64,000 bases of DNA from Fusicatenibacter sp. (GTDB lineage Bacteria; Bacillota; Clostridia; Lachnospirales; Lachnospiraceae). The notes beneath the pieces were generated by a model. That model was not told the DNA's origin and did not search any database. It worked only from the letters and a program-made list of their open reading frames with translations. Every line of letters begins with the position of its first letter. The first letter of the stretch is position 1. Location: NCBI GenBank assembly GCA_022766945.1, contig JALEOU010000021.1, positions 29,694 through 93,693 of the forward strand, read 5' to 3'. A program made the position numbers and the translations under genes. Shown piece by piece: positions 1 to 8,861 of this stretch.

Positions 1-2190
1 CAGACACACAGAAGTATAGGCGCCGCTGATAATACCTACCATCAACGGAGCGGCAAAATCACGAATCGAGGATACTCCCAGCAGGAACAACATGAAAATC
101 ATGACAAACGTTGTCAGTGAACTGTAGATACTTCTGGTCAGCGTATCCGTGATGCTTCGATCCACCAGTTCCTCAATAGATTCTCTCTTCAGATTCGGCA
201 TATTCTCACGAATACGGTCGAAAATGACAATCGTACTGTTAATGGAGTAGCCCAGAATCGTCAGCATACATGCGATGAATGTATTTCCGACAGAGATTTT
301 GGAAAGCACATAAAAACCGAAGACCACTGCGATATCGTGGATCAGTGCAAGGATCGCACTGGATGCAAAACGGATATCGCGGAACCGCAGCCAGATATAC
401 AGCAGCATACAGATAACGGAAATGATCACCGCTTTCATGGCATTGGTACTCATCTCTTTACTGATTGTAGATGAGATGTTGTCAAACGTAATGTTGGAGA
501 CATCCACACCGAATTCACTTTCCAGATCATTGTAAAGTGTTTCTCTTTCCTCCAGCGTAAGGGATCTTGTCTTGATGATTACGCTGTTGCTGTCAACCAC
601 TTTCGTCATCTGAATATCAGAATCCTTTGTCACATTTTGTACCAGCGGCTGAACCTCGCTTTCCAGTTCTGCGATAGTATAATCTTCATTAAACGGCACG
701 GTAACAGAAGTACCACCCTTGAAATCCAGACCGAAATTCAGAGGGCTTCCCTTTACTGCATTCATCACCAGCATACCTGCCGGTACGATCAGCATCAGAA
801 TCACAGAAATGGTAAAATAAATCTTTCTGTGCTCGACAAACGCAAGTTTCTTTCTCTCTTTCTGCTTTCCGTAGAATTTTTCATCTTTGATCCCTGCGCT
901 ATACAGACTGTTGATCAGAAGTCTGGAAACGGCCAGGGCTGTAAACATGGACAGAACAATACCAAGTGCCAGTGTCATGGCAAAGCCACGGACACTTCCG
1001 CTTCCGAAAGCATACAGAACCGCTGCAGCAATCAGGGTTGTGATATTTCCATCCAGAATTGCTGAGGTTGCTTTCTGGAAACCTGCACGGACCGCAGATG
1101 AGATGCTCTTTCCGGATGCGATCTCCTCCTGCATACGGGCATAGATAATTACGTTTGCATCCACTGCCATACCGATGGACAGAATGACACCCGCGATACC
1201 CGGAAGGGTCAATGTCAGATCAAATGCATTTAAAGCAATCAGCTCCAGTTCCACATAGATCAGAAGTGCCCATCCTGCTGCAAGACCCGGCACACGGTAA
1301 ACCGCGATCAGGAAAAGGATGATCAGTAAAAGACCAATGGCACCTGCCTTCAGACTGGTGGAAACTGCCTCAGAGCCCAGCTGCGCTCCTACCACGCTGG
1401 AATTCAGTTCTTCCAGTTCCAGAGAAAGAGAACCGATTCGAAGTGTCGCTGCCAGCTTGGACGCCTTGTCCCAGTCCATATCCCCGCCTGAGATAATCGC
1501 AACGCCGTCATCAATAACCGCATTGACCCTCGGAACACTCACAAAGGTTTCATCATAATAGATACCGATGCTCTGGCTGTTTGCATAAGCTTCCTGTGTC
1601 GCGTTGGCAAACTTTTCTTTTCCCTCATCGGTCAGCGTCAGCTGTACCACGCTTTCCGTTGCCTGTGTTGTCTGGTTTGTCTGATGAACAGCCTCTGCGC
1701 CTTTGACATCCTTACCGGTCAGCACAATCGAGCCGTCCTCTTCCAGTTCTTCCAGGGTCTTGTTATACAGCACATATTCGCCCGTGCTGGTATAGGTGTA
1801 GTTGTAATTGCCGTTCGCATCCTTCTCTTTGATAAAATACAGACTTCCCGGCTTTCCCAGTTCTTCCAGAATCACTGTCGCATCGGTAGCACCCGGAATC
1901 TCGATCGTGATCCGGTCATCTCCCTGCTGATATACCTGTGCCTCTTCACTGTACTGCTGGGCACGCTGTTCCAGTTTGAATCTGGTATCTGACATTTCTT
2001 CTTCCGTGGGATTGTCCTTTACTGCACGGTACGTAATGCTGACCCCTCCTGACAGATCCAGGCCGAGCTTAATATGTTCCATGGCACCGGTTCCTGTCGG
2101 TCCCCATCCAACAAGCATCGTCCATCCAAGGAGTACTGTTACGAGAAACGCCAGGATGAGTACAGCGATGCTTTGATTCTTCTTTTTCAT
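1..2190 (-). CDS. secDF: Protein translocase subunit SecDF (fused SecD-SecF), C-terminal end cut by the window edge
   Basis: My own translation of the minus strand starts at ATG 2190 (RBS gagagg upstream) and gives MKKKNQSIAVLILAF...GLDLSGGVSITY...LGIVLSMFTALAVSRLL...LRFRDIRFASSAILALIHDI. That is 730 codons open to position 1. The supplied track omits it because no stop lies in the window. It shows typical SecD and SecF transmembrane and periplasmic-domain motifs. Confidence 0.9.
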   Translation of the reverse strand, partial: MKKKNQSIAVLILAFLVTVLLGWTMLVGWGPTGTGAMEHIKLGLDLSGGVSITYRAVKDNPTEEEMSDTRFKLEQRAQQYSEEAQVYQQGDDRITIEIPGATDATVILEELGKPGSLYFIKEKDANGNYNYTYTSTGEYVLYNKTLEELEEDGSIVLTGKDVKGAEAVHQTNQTTQATESVVQLTLTDEGKEKFANATQEAYANSQSIGIYYDETFVSVPRVNAVIDDGVAIISGGDMDWDKASKLAATLRIGSLSLELEELNSSVVGAQLGSEAVSTSLKAGAIGLLLIILFLIAVYRVPGLAAGWALLIYVELELIALNAFDLTLTLPGIAGVILSIGMAVDANVIIYARMQEEIASGKSISSAVRAGFQKATSAILDGNITTLIAAAVLYAFGSGSVRGFAMTLALGIVLSMFTALAVSRLLINSLYSAGIKDEKFYGKQKERKKLAFVEHRKIYFTISVILMLIVPAGMLVMNAVKGSPLNFGLDFKGGTSVTVPFNEDYTIAELESEVQPLVQNVTKDSDIQMTKVVDSNSVIIKTRSLTLEERETLYNDLESEFGVDVSNITFDNISSTISKEMSTNAMKAVIISVICMLLYIWLRFRDIRFASSAILALIHDIAVVFGFYVLSKISVGNTFIACMLTILGYSINSTIVIFDRIRENMPNLKRESIEELVDRSITDTLTRSIYSSLTTFVMIFMLFLLGVSSIRDFAAPLMVGIISGAYTSVCL

Positions 2191-2212
2191 GCCGCTAATT
2201 CCTCTCTTTTGC

Positions 2213-3580
2213 TTAAACTTCTGTTTCTTCTGCCAAAGCAGCTTTGATCATCAATGCACATTCAATTCGTTTCTGCTGCATCTTACAGCCAATCTCATAG
2301 ACATCATTGATATTGCCTGTGAAATTGTAGGAATTCGCTGCACAGCCTCCGCTGCAGTAAAAACGCGCAAAGCACTGACTGCATTCCTTCTTCGAATAGA
2401 CATTGCATTTTTTGAACTCGTTGACAAGTTCCGTATTCCAAACTCCATCTTCCACATTGCCAAGGAGGAATTTTTCTTCTCCCACGAACTGATGGCAGGG
2501 ATAAAAATCTCCCCACGGAGTTACCGCAAGATATTCCGTTCCGGAGCCACATCCGGACAGGCGCTTGTATACGCATGGACCTCCGGTCAGATCAATCATA
2601 AAATGGAAGAAATTAAATCCTCTTCCCTCTTTCTGACGCTTAATCATCTCTTTTGCCAGAATATCATACTGCTCAAAAATAATTGGAAGATCCTCTTTGC
2701 GCAAAGCATAATCTTCCGTCGGCGGTGCTACCACCGGCTCTACAGAGATCTGTTTGAATCCCAGATCTGCCAGGTGCAGAACATCGCTGGCAAAATCCAG
2801 ATTATAATGGGTAAATGTCCCGCGGACGTAATATTTGTCCTGATTGCGGCTCTCTGCAAATTTCTGGAATTTCGGCACGATCAGGTCGTAGCTGCCATTT
2901 CCTTTCCGGAACGGCCGCATGCGGTCATGCACTTCTTGTCTTCCGTCAATGCTCAGAACCACATTCCCCATCTCTTTGTTGCAGAACTCCATAATCTCAT
3001 CATTCAGCAATACACCGTTCGTCGTCAGAGTAAAGCGAAAATTCTTATTATGAATCTTTTCCTGCTCTCTTCCATATGCAACCAGATCCTTCACTACCTG
3101 CCAGTTCAGCAGAGGCTCCCCGCCAAAAAAGTCTACTTCCAGGTTTCTTCTGCTGCCGGAATTGGCGATCAGAAAATCCAGTGCTTTTTTTCCGACATCG
3201 AAGGACATCAGTGCTCTTCTGCCGTGGTATTCCCCTTCTTCCGCAAAACAATAGCGGCAGGCCAGATTGCAGTCATGGGCAATGTGAAGACAGAGTGCTT
3301 TCACTACCGTCGGGCGGTTGGAAAACTGTTCAATGGCATTCTCATAGATATCTTCCGTAAACAGCATGCCGTTTTCCTTCAGTTCCTGACATTCCCCGAT
3401 TGCTTCCTGTATCTCTTCCTCTGAATAATGTTCTGTGAGAGCAGATCTGGTCTCTTCAGTTCCCTTTCCCTCCTGCATACAGGAGAGTACATCGTAAGTC
3501 ACATCATCGACCACGTGAACCGAGCCGCTGTTCACATCCAGTACCATATTATAGCCGTTGCTCTTATACAGATGTATCAC
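2213..3580 (-). CDS. scfB: SCIFF peptide maturase, radical SAM/SPASM thioether-forming enzyme
   Basis: It has the radical SAM motif CNLACRYC and a C-terminal Cys-rich SPASM-like region (CSQCFARFYCSGGCAANS). The N-terminus VIHLYKSNGYNMVLDVNSGSVHVVDD is as I recall it for SCIFF maturases, so I place the start at GTG 3580 (aaaggaa upstream) rather than at the long track ORF start 3682. It lies directly downstream of scfA. Confidence 0.85.
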   Translation of the reverse strand: MIHLYKSNGYNMVLDVNSGSVHVVDDVTYDVLSCMQEGKGTEETRSALTEHYSEEEIQEAIGECQELKENGMLFTEDIYENAIEQFSNRPTVVKALCLHIAHDCNLACRYCFAEEGEYHGRRALMSFDVGKKALDFLIANSGSRRNLEVDFFGGEPLLNWQVVKDLVAYGREQEKIHNKNFRFTLTTNGVLLNDEIMEFCNKEMGNVVLSIDGRQEVHDRMRPFRKGNGSYDLIVPKFQKFAESRNQDKYYVRGTFTHYNLDFASDVLHLADLGFKQISVEPVVAPPTEDYALRKEDLPIIFEQYDILAKEMIKRQKEGRGFNFFHFMIDLTGGPCVYKRLSGCGSGTEYLAVTPWGDFYPCHQFVGEEKFLLGNVEDGVWNTELVNEFKKCNVYSKKECSQCFARFYCSGGCAANSYNFTGNINDVYEIGCKMQQKRIECALMIKAALAEETEV

Positions 3581-3703
3581 AACTATCGTTCCTTTCTGTT
3601 TTCTTATCTTACTGCTGATCAAAATAGCTTTCACATAAGAAAGTTCCCAAAACCGGCGAAACCGGTATTGGGAACACCTCATTCTTCGTCTGCAGGCAAT
3701 CGA

Positions 3704-3844
3704 TTATTTATGTTCGCAGCTCTGATTTCCTACAGTGCAGGATGTCTTACATGCAGACTGGCAGGATGTCTGGCACTCGCCGCAGCCGCCTTTTTTCACT
3801 GTATTCTGTAAACTTTTTGTATTTAAAGTTTTGATGTGTTTCAT
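3704..3844 (-). CDS. scfA: SCIFF (six-cysteines-in-forty-five) ribosomal peptide precursor, 46 aa
   Basis: Hand translation gives MKHIKTLNTKSLQNTVKKGGCGECQTSCQSACKTSCTVGNQSCEHK with stop TAA at 3704-3706. An RBS (aaggagg) lies 8 nt before the ATG at 3844. There are six Cys, all in the C-terminal half. It is too short to appear in the ORF track. Confidence 0.9.
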   Translation of the reverse strand: MKHIKTLNTKSLQNTVKKGGCGECQTSCQSACKTSCTVGNQSCEHK

Positions 3845-3879
3845 CGCTTATACCTCCTTCATAGTAATTGGCTGACGAT

Positions 3880-3888
3880 ATTATATCA
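3880..3888 (-). promoter_or_regulatory. Extended -10 element (TGATATAAT) of a putative scfA promoter
   Basis: The minus strand reads tttaaa-N17-TGATATAAT about 35 nt upstream of the scfA start. The -35 is weak. Confidence 0.35.
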
Positions 3889-3983
3889 TACCCTTTTCAA
3901 TTTTTAAAGTATTTTTTCACACGATTCCGGTGTTCCCACGATCAGGTTACTGTTTTTACGGCCGCTCAGAACACACCGTCGTC

Positions 3984-4223
3984 TTACTCATAGAATCGAA
4001 AAGTATCCGGTCGTCTTGCGGTCATCTTCCATCGCTCTTTAAAATCCCCTTCCACCGGCCAGATCAAGAGCTCTGAAATGATAAAATCAGCATTTTTCAG
4101 AGCGGATGTATCCTCGACTTCGCAATGATAAAATCCCATACACTTGCCTGGAAGAGCTTCCCCCTGCTGAAAGTTGGCAATCAGCGGCTCCGCGACGCAC
4201 GGGTCTGACCCTCTAAAGTCCAT
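3984..4223 (-). CDS. Hypothetical 79-aa protein, no family recognised
   Basis: The ORF starts immediately after the stop of the upstream membrane-protein gene (TGAATG junction at 4221-4226), which suggests translational coupling. I recognised no motifs. Confidence 0.45.
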   Translation of the reverse strand: MDFRGSDPCVAEPLIANFQQGEALPGKCMGFYHCEVEDTSALKNADFIISELLIWPVEGDFKERWKMTARRPDTFRFYE

Positions 4224-4598
4224 TCACGAAAACATCCCACCCGCCATTCCGCTGCCCGCACAGATCGCAAATGTCGTCAGAATCGCTGCCGCTCCTTTGT
4301 GAATCCCGGGCAGAAAAATGGCAGAAATGCACATCAGCAGAAGAAAATAGCAGCTGCCCATCAGAAGGCCCCAAAGGAATTTTCGCACCGGAACTGCTTT
4401 TCCGATGATTCTTCCTCCAAGAAAACAGGAGAGAAGATATGTCACGATAATCCCGACTGTCACCTGTCCTTCCTTCAGATGCAGCTTCCAGAGGAGCAGA
4501 GAAAGAAGGAGCAGCAAAAAAGCGGATACAATGTAAGCCCCTGACAGTGCACGAACCATTCCTGTTATCTTCTGTGAGTGTTTTTTCATACCATCCAT
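4224..4598 (-). CDS. Small polytopic membrane protein, possibly TIGR04086-like
   Basis: It has 3-4 predicted TM helices (GAYIVSAFLLLLLSLLLW, VGIIVTYLLSCFLGG, LLMGSCYFLLLMCISAIFL, LTTFAICAGSGMAGG). I prefer ATG 4598 (GGGAGGG 8 nt upstream); the alternative start at 4643 is the one in the track. The family name comes from my memory of SCIFF-neighbouring genes and is unverified. Confidence 0.6.
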   Translation of the reverse strand: MDGMKKHSQKITGMVRALSGAYIVSAFLLLLLSLLLWKLHLKEGQVTVGIIVTYLLSCFLGGRIIGKAVPVRKFLWGLLMGSCYFLLLMCISAIFLPGIHKGAAAILTTFAICAGSGMAGGMFS

Positions 4599-4646
4599 AT
4601 AAAAAGCCCTCCCATATACATATATATGGAAAGGCTTTTTCATTTA

Positions 4647-6407
4647 TCACTCGTTTTCCTCCTCGCTGAGTGGATGTGCTTTCTTAAATTCCAGCCATGC
4701 AGCTGCACTTCTGGCACGTTTTTCCTGCATTCTCAGAAATGCAAGGAGAAACAACATTGCTGCGGAAAGAACTGAACTGATAGAAAACGGCAGGATCATG
4801 GCTTCATCTCCGGTTTTGACCGGCTGATTCTTTACACTCGTTGTCGTTTTCGTAGTACTCTTGGGTTTTGTTGTACTGGTTTTGCCCGTTCCGGTAGATG
4901 CTGCTTTCGGTGTGGCTGTTGCCTTTGGCGTTGCCGTCGCTTTCGGTGTGGCCGTCACCTTTGGTGTCGTCGTCGGTGTAGGAGTCGGTGTGGATGGTTC
5001 CTTTTTGTTGTCGCCATAGTTATCCGGCCCTACAATCACATTTCCTCCCGCTTTGGTAACCGCCGCAGTATACTCCATCGTCCCAAGCGGCAAATCCACC
5101 ATCTCATCATCCTTATCTTTTGCATTCTCGTTTGCTGCAGCGATCAGATTTTTCTCATCTTCCGCCTGAATAGATGTCTTCTCCGAATCGGATCTGTCCG
5201 GATTCCGAAGCAGATCTTTCCAGTTCAGAAGATCTTCCTCCTTCTCAATCACAGCACTGTCATGAAACACATCAGCCACATCCGATGTATCATCCTCAGA
5301 AGAATCCCACTTGATGTCTCCGAGATTTTCTTTCTGCTCTGCATCTTCCGTATCAGAAGGTGTCACAGGGATCGGTGTGCTCTCCGGTTTCTCCTCTTCC
5401 GGCGTCTTTGTCGGTTCCGGCGTACTCTCCGGTTTCTCCTCCGGTGTACTCGTCGGCTCCGGCGTACTCTCCGGCTTCTCCTCTGGCGTCTTTGTCGGCT
5501 CCGGCGTACTCTCCGGCTTCCCCTCTGGCGTCTTTGTTGGCTCCGGCGTACTCTCCGGTTTCTCTTCCGGTGTCTTTGTCGGCTCCGGCGTACTCTCTGG
5601 TTTCTCCTCTTCCGGCGCGCTCGTCGGTGCTGGTGTATTCTCCGGTTTCTTCTCCTCCGGTACAGTCGTCGGTTCCGGGGTACTCTCCGGTTTCGGCGTA
5701 CTCTCCGGCTTCTCTTCCGGTTTATTTTCCATCTCTGACGGATCCGGAGATGGGGTTGTTATCGGAGGCACAGACGGATTCAGCCCGGATTCCGGCAATG
5801 TGGAAGATATTTCTTTCTCCATGGCTTCCTTTTCCTGCTCAAGCATATTTTCATAAGCAGATTCCGTCATACATTCGATATCCAAAAGCCAGGAAAGATC
5901 GGTTCCTTTTTTCTTCTCCTTCTCTGTCCGCACTGACTCTATGTATTTTTCCAGATCCTGTTCCTTCTCACCCACAAAGACAAGATACTGCAAATCGGTC
6001 GGTTCTTCCTCTTTCGATCCGACTTTTTTCATAAGATCAGCTGCGGTTTTTGCGGCAGCTGCCATAATTCCCGTCTTTGTGTTCTCTGACTTCTGATCAG
6101 CTCCGTCTGCTTTTTCGTCTTCTTCACTTTCCAGCTCCTGCTTTTTCTGATCAAATAGTTCTTTTGCCCTGGCAGCTGTTTTTACTGCCTGATCTGCAGC
6201 GCTGCCATCAGACTGATCGCTGCCCCCTTCAAGATCTATATAAACAGTGATCCTGCTTATCTCTTCCTGTTCTTTTGCCTGTCCGTTTTCCTCCTGGTTT
6301 TTTTCAGCCTGAACCGATGCGCTGGCCATGGATGGTGTGGTATCCGATAACACAATGGCACCTGCCAGCACCGCGCCCAGAACTTTCCAGGCCTGTTTTC
6401 TCTTCAT
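4647..6407 (-). CDS. Secreted, repeat-rich cell-surface protein with a C-terminal sortase-type anchor
   Basis: It has an N-terminal signal peptide (MKRKQAWKVLGAVLAGAIVLS...MASA). Acidic Pro/Thr/Glu-rich tandem repeats (EKPESTPEPTKTPE) and TATPKA repeats follow. The C-terminus reads PVKTGDE, then a hydrophobic stretch (AMILPFSISSVLSAAMLFLLAFL), then a basic tail (RMQEKRAR). Confidence 0.8.
   Translation of the reverse strand: MKRKQAWKVLGAVLAGAIVLSDTTPSMASASVQAEKNQEENGQAKEQEEISRITVYIDLEGGSDQSDGSAADQAVKTAARAKELFDQKKQELESEEDEKADGADQKSENTKTGIMAAAAKTAADLMKKVGSKEEEPTDLQYLVFVGEKEQDLEKYIESVRTEKEKKKGTDLSWLLDIECMTESAYENMLEQEKEAMEKEISSTLPESGLNPSVPPITTPSPDPSEMENKPEEKPESTPKPESTPEPTTVPEEKKPENTPAPTSAPEEEKPESTPEPTKTPEEKPESTPEPTKTPEGKPESTPEPTKTPEEKPESTPEPTSTPEEKPESTPEPTKTPEEEKPESTPIPVTPSDTEDAEQKENLGDIKWDSSEDDTSDVADVFHDSAVIEKEEDLLNWKDLLRNPDRSDSEKTSIQAEDEKNLIAAANENAKDKDDEMVDLPLGTMEYTAAVTKAGGNVIVGPDNYGDNKKEPSTPTPTPTTTPKVTATPKATATPKATATPKAASTGTGKTSTTKPKSTTKTTTSVKNQPVKTGDEAMILPFSISSVLSAAMLFLLAFLRMQEKRARSAAAWLEFKKAHPLSEEENE
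4809..4823 (-). other. Candidate sortase recognition motif PVKTG
   Basis: The codons CCG GTC AAA ACC GGA lie just before the TM segment and basic tail of the 4647..6407 protein. It is a non-LPXTG variant that resembles clostridial (S/P)PxTG and NVQTG signals. Confidence 0.5.
4903..4975 (-). repeat. Coding tandem repeat, 18-bp period (ATPKAT x ~4)
   Basis: The plus strand repeats gctttcggtgtggcYgtY / gcctttggcgttgccgtc, which encodes TPKVTATPKATATPKATATPKA. Confidence 0.8.
5375..5730 (-). repeat. Coding tandem repeat, 42-bp period (14 aa, EKPESTPEPTKTPE), 5-6 near-identical copies plus degenerate flanking copies
   Basis: The motif ccggcgtactctcc recurs at 5417, 5459, 5501, 5543 and 5585, exactly 42 bp apart. 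There are no unique spacers and the repeats are in frame inside the CDS. Confidence 0.9.
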
Positions 6408-6626
6408 AAGTATCTGCTCCTTACTCCGTAATACTCCCTGATATAAAACCGTTTTTTGATATGGATCTCATTCTTCTTTGCCCAAAAACATTCGAAACCC
6501 GTCAATTCTTTCGCAGAAAATCACAGCCATCTCCTGTTATTGCAGTTCCCAGGGTCAAAAATCCTCTTGCAAGCAAGCTTCCATCAGATCTCTGATCTTT
6601 TGACCCTTGTATCACTCTATTGTAAC

Positions 6627-6675
6627 ATAAAAGAAATCATTGGGAAACCCCCAAAATGAGATCCCAATGATTTCT
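6627..6675 (-). terminator. Rho-independent terminator of ftsH
   Basis: A perfect 14-bp stem (agaaatcattggga 6632-6645 / tcccaatgatttct 6662-6675) is followed by UUUUAU on the minus strand. Confidence 0.8.
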
Positions 6676-6709
6676 ATCCTAATCCAGGTTACTGTTCTAT
6701 GGTATTTTA

Positions 6710-8575
6710 TCACAATTCCGTCATTTTCGTAGTAGTGAGCTGTTCCGGTGCCAGATTCAGAATCTCCATAAATTCTTCTCCGGTAATGGTTTCTTTTTCA
6801 TAGAGGTATTTTGCCAGTTCATGCAGTTTTGGCATATTCTCTTTCAGAAGTGTTTCTGCTTTGGCATACTGTTTCTTGACCGCAGCTACAACCTTCGCAT
6901 CGATGGATGCCGATGTCGTATCGGAGCATGCCAGAGAAGTGTCACCACCCAGATACTGATTCGTGATGGTCTCAAAGGCAACCATGCCAAATTCCTCGTT
7001 CATACCAAAGCGTGTGATCATCGCGCGTGCTACCTTGGTTGCCTGCTCAATGTCATTGGAAGCTCCGGTGGTAATTGAATGGAATACCAGATCCTCAGCC
7101 ACACGGCCGCCGGTCAGCGTTGCAATCTTATTTTCCAGTTCTTCCTTGCTCATCAGATTGTGCTCATCCTCATCCACCTGCATCGTATAGCCAAGCGCAC
7201 CGGATGTTCTCGGAATAATGGTGATCTTTGTCACCGGAGCGGAATGACTCTGAAGCGCTGCCACCAGTGCATGTCCGATCTCGTGGTAGGAAACAATCAG
7301 TTTTTCCTTGTCCGTCATAATCTTGTTCTTCTTCTGGTATCCGGCAATGACTACCTCAACGCTTTCCTCCAGGTCTGCCTGGGTGACAAATTTTCTGCCG
7401 TCACGAACCGCACGAAGCGCTGCCTCGTTGATCATATTTGCCAGTTCTGCTCCGGATGCACCGGATGCCATTCGTGCAATCGCATTGTAATCAACGTTGT
7501 CACCGATACGGATATTTTTGGCATGAACCCGCAGGATTGCCTCACGTCCTTTCAGATCCGGCAGTTCTACCGGTACACGTCGGTCAAAACGTCCCGGACG
7601 CAGCAGTGCAGGATCCAGAGAATCCGGACGGTTGGTTGCTGCCAGAATCACGACACCTTTTCTTCCGTCAAATCCGTCCATCTCAGCAAGCAGCTGATTC
7701 AAAGTCTGCTCCCGTTCATCATTTCCCGAAAAACCGCTTCCGTCACGCTTTTTTCCTACCGTATCAATCTCATCGATAAAGACAATACAGGGGGCTTTCT
7801 CATTTGCCTGCTGGAACAGGTCACGCACCTTGGCTGCACCCATACCGACAAACATTTCCACAAATTCAGATCCGGAAATAGAAAAGAACGGTACATTGGC
7901 CTCACCGGCAACTGCTTTTGCCAGAAGCGTCTTACCGGTTCCGGGAGGTCCCACAAGCAATGCTCCTTTTGGCATTTTGGCTCCAATCTCTTCATATTTT
8001 CCCGGATTGTGGAGAAAATCCACAATCTCCTGAAGGATCTCCTTCGCCTCATCCTCTCCTGCTACATCAGAGAATTTGATTCCCGTCTCGGACTGCACAT
8101 ACACCTTGGCATTGCTCTTGCCAAAACTCATCGCATTTCCCATACCGCCGGTCATCTTGGCGGTCATTTTATTCATCAGCCACTGTCCCAGGAGAATCAC
8201 AACCACAAACGGCAATACCCAGGTCAGCAGAATTTCCAGAAGCGGAGACATCTGTTCCACAATCGGTGTTCCGAACTCTGTGATTCCCGCCTCATAGAGA
8301 CGATCCACCAGTCGGTAGTCGTTCATGATTCCCGTCTTATAATAGTTCTGGGGTGTTGACTTATCACTGAAGATAATTTCATTACTCGAAATCTGTACCT
8401 GATCGATTTCTCCATTGTCGACCATTTTCAAAAACTGTCCGTAATCTACTTCCGTCACCTTCGGTTCCATCAGCTTCGGAAACAGCAGCAGATTCAACAG
8501 CAGTATTATAACTAACGCTATCGTATAGTAAAAAATCATTGGTTTTTTGGGCTTTTTAACTTCCTTCATCTTCAT
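6710..8575 (-). CDS. ftsH: ATP-dependent zinc metalloprotease FtsH
   Basis: It has an N-terminal TM, Walker A GPPGTGKT, Walker B IVFIDEID, the SRH region [19 protein letters not shown] and the zinc motif HEIGHAL. Confidence 0.97.
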   Translation of the reverse strand: MKMKEVKKPKKPMIFYYTIALVIILLLNLLLFPKLMEPKVTEVDYGQFLKMVDNGEIDQVQISSNEIIFSDKSTPQNYYKTGIMNDYRLVDRLYEAGITEFGTPIVEQMSPLLEILLTWVLPFVVVILLGQWLMNKMTAKMTGGMGNAMSFGKSNAKVYVQSETGIKFSDVAGEDEAKEILQEIVDFLHNPGKYEEIGAKMPKGALLVGPPGTGKTLLAKAVAGEANVPFFSISGSEFVEMFVGMGAAKVRDLFQQANEKAPCIVFIDEIDTVGKKRDGSGFSGNDEREQTLNQLLAEMDGFDGRKGVVILAATNRPDSLDPALLRPGRFDRRVPVELPDLKGREAILRVHAKNIRIGDNVDYNAIARMASGASGAELANMINEAALRAVRDGRKFVTQADLEESVEVVIAGYQKKNKIMTDKEKLIVSYHEIGHALVAALQSHSAPVTKITIIPRTSGALGYTMQVDEDEHNLMSKEELENKIATLTGGRVAEDLVFHSITTGASNDIEQATKVARAMITRFGMNEEFGMVAFETITNQYLGGDTSLACSDTTSASIDAKVVAAVKKQYAKAETLLKENMPKLHELAKYLYEKETITGEEFMEILNLAPEQLTTTKMTEL

Positions 8576-8861
8576 CCCTCCTTCGTATCATTATGGTATA
8601 TGAAATCATTCTTAGTTTATACGTTTCCCACCGCAAAATCAATCGATTTCTGACAATTCATGAAACTTTTATAAATCCGGCACTGCTGTTCAGAGATGAC
8701 ACGAAACAACTGTGCAAAAATAGCATCTCGAAATCGGGCCCTTGAAAAATGCCGGCTGTCCCATAGAGGCACATTTCACATTTCCCTTGATCTCTTCTTT
8801 GTTTTCCTCTATACTTCGAATAGAGTTTATCCTGCAGACGAATATTCGGGAGGTATTGTTT

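Noticed and set aside
2189-3424. A long plus-strand ORF (411 aa) and similar large ORFs antisense to real genes: 7079..8359, 19851..20906, 25338..26465, 28097..29407, 35969..36853, 38225..39019, 44272..45267 and 50892..51716.
   Set aside because: Each lies fully inside, and antisense to, a gene with clear family motifs. Their translations are low-complexity or rich in Cys, His and Arg, with no recognisable motif or RBS. They are typical shadow ORFs.
3581-3682. An N-terminal 34-aa extension of the scfB ORF as given in the track (start 3682).
   Set aside because: The extension (MRCSQYRFRRFWELSY...) has no counterpart in SCIFF maturases as I recall them. The conserved N-terminus begins at GTG 3580, which has an upstream purine-rich RBS.
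5262-6034. Three overlapping plus-strand ORFs (158-224 aa) with striking internal periodicity, and the possibility that the 42-bp repeats form a CRISPR-like array.
   Set aside because: They are reverse-strand or alternate-frame readings of the coding tandem repeat of the surface protein. The repeats are contiguous with no unique spacers and are in frame, so this is not a CRISPR array.
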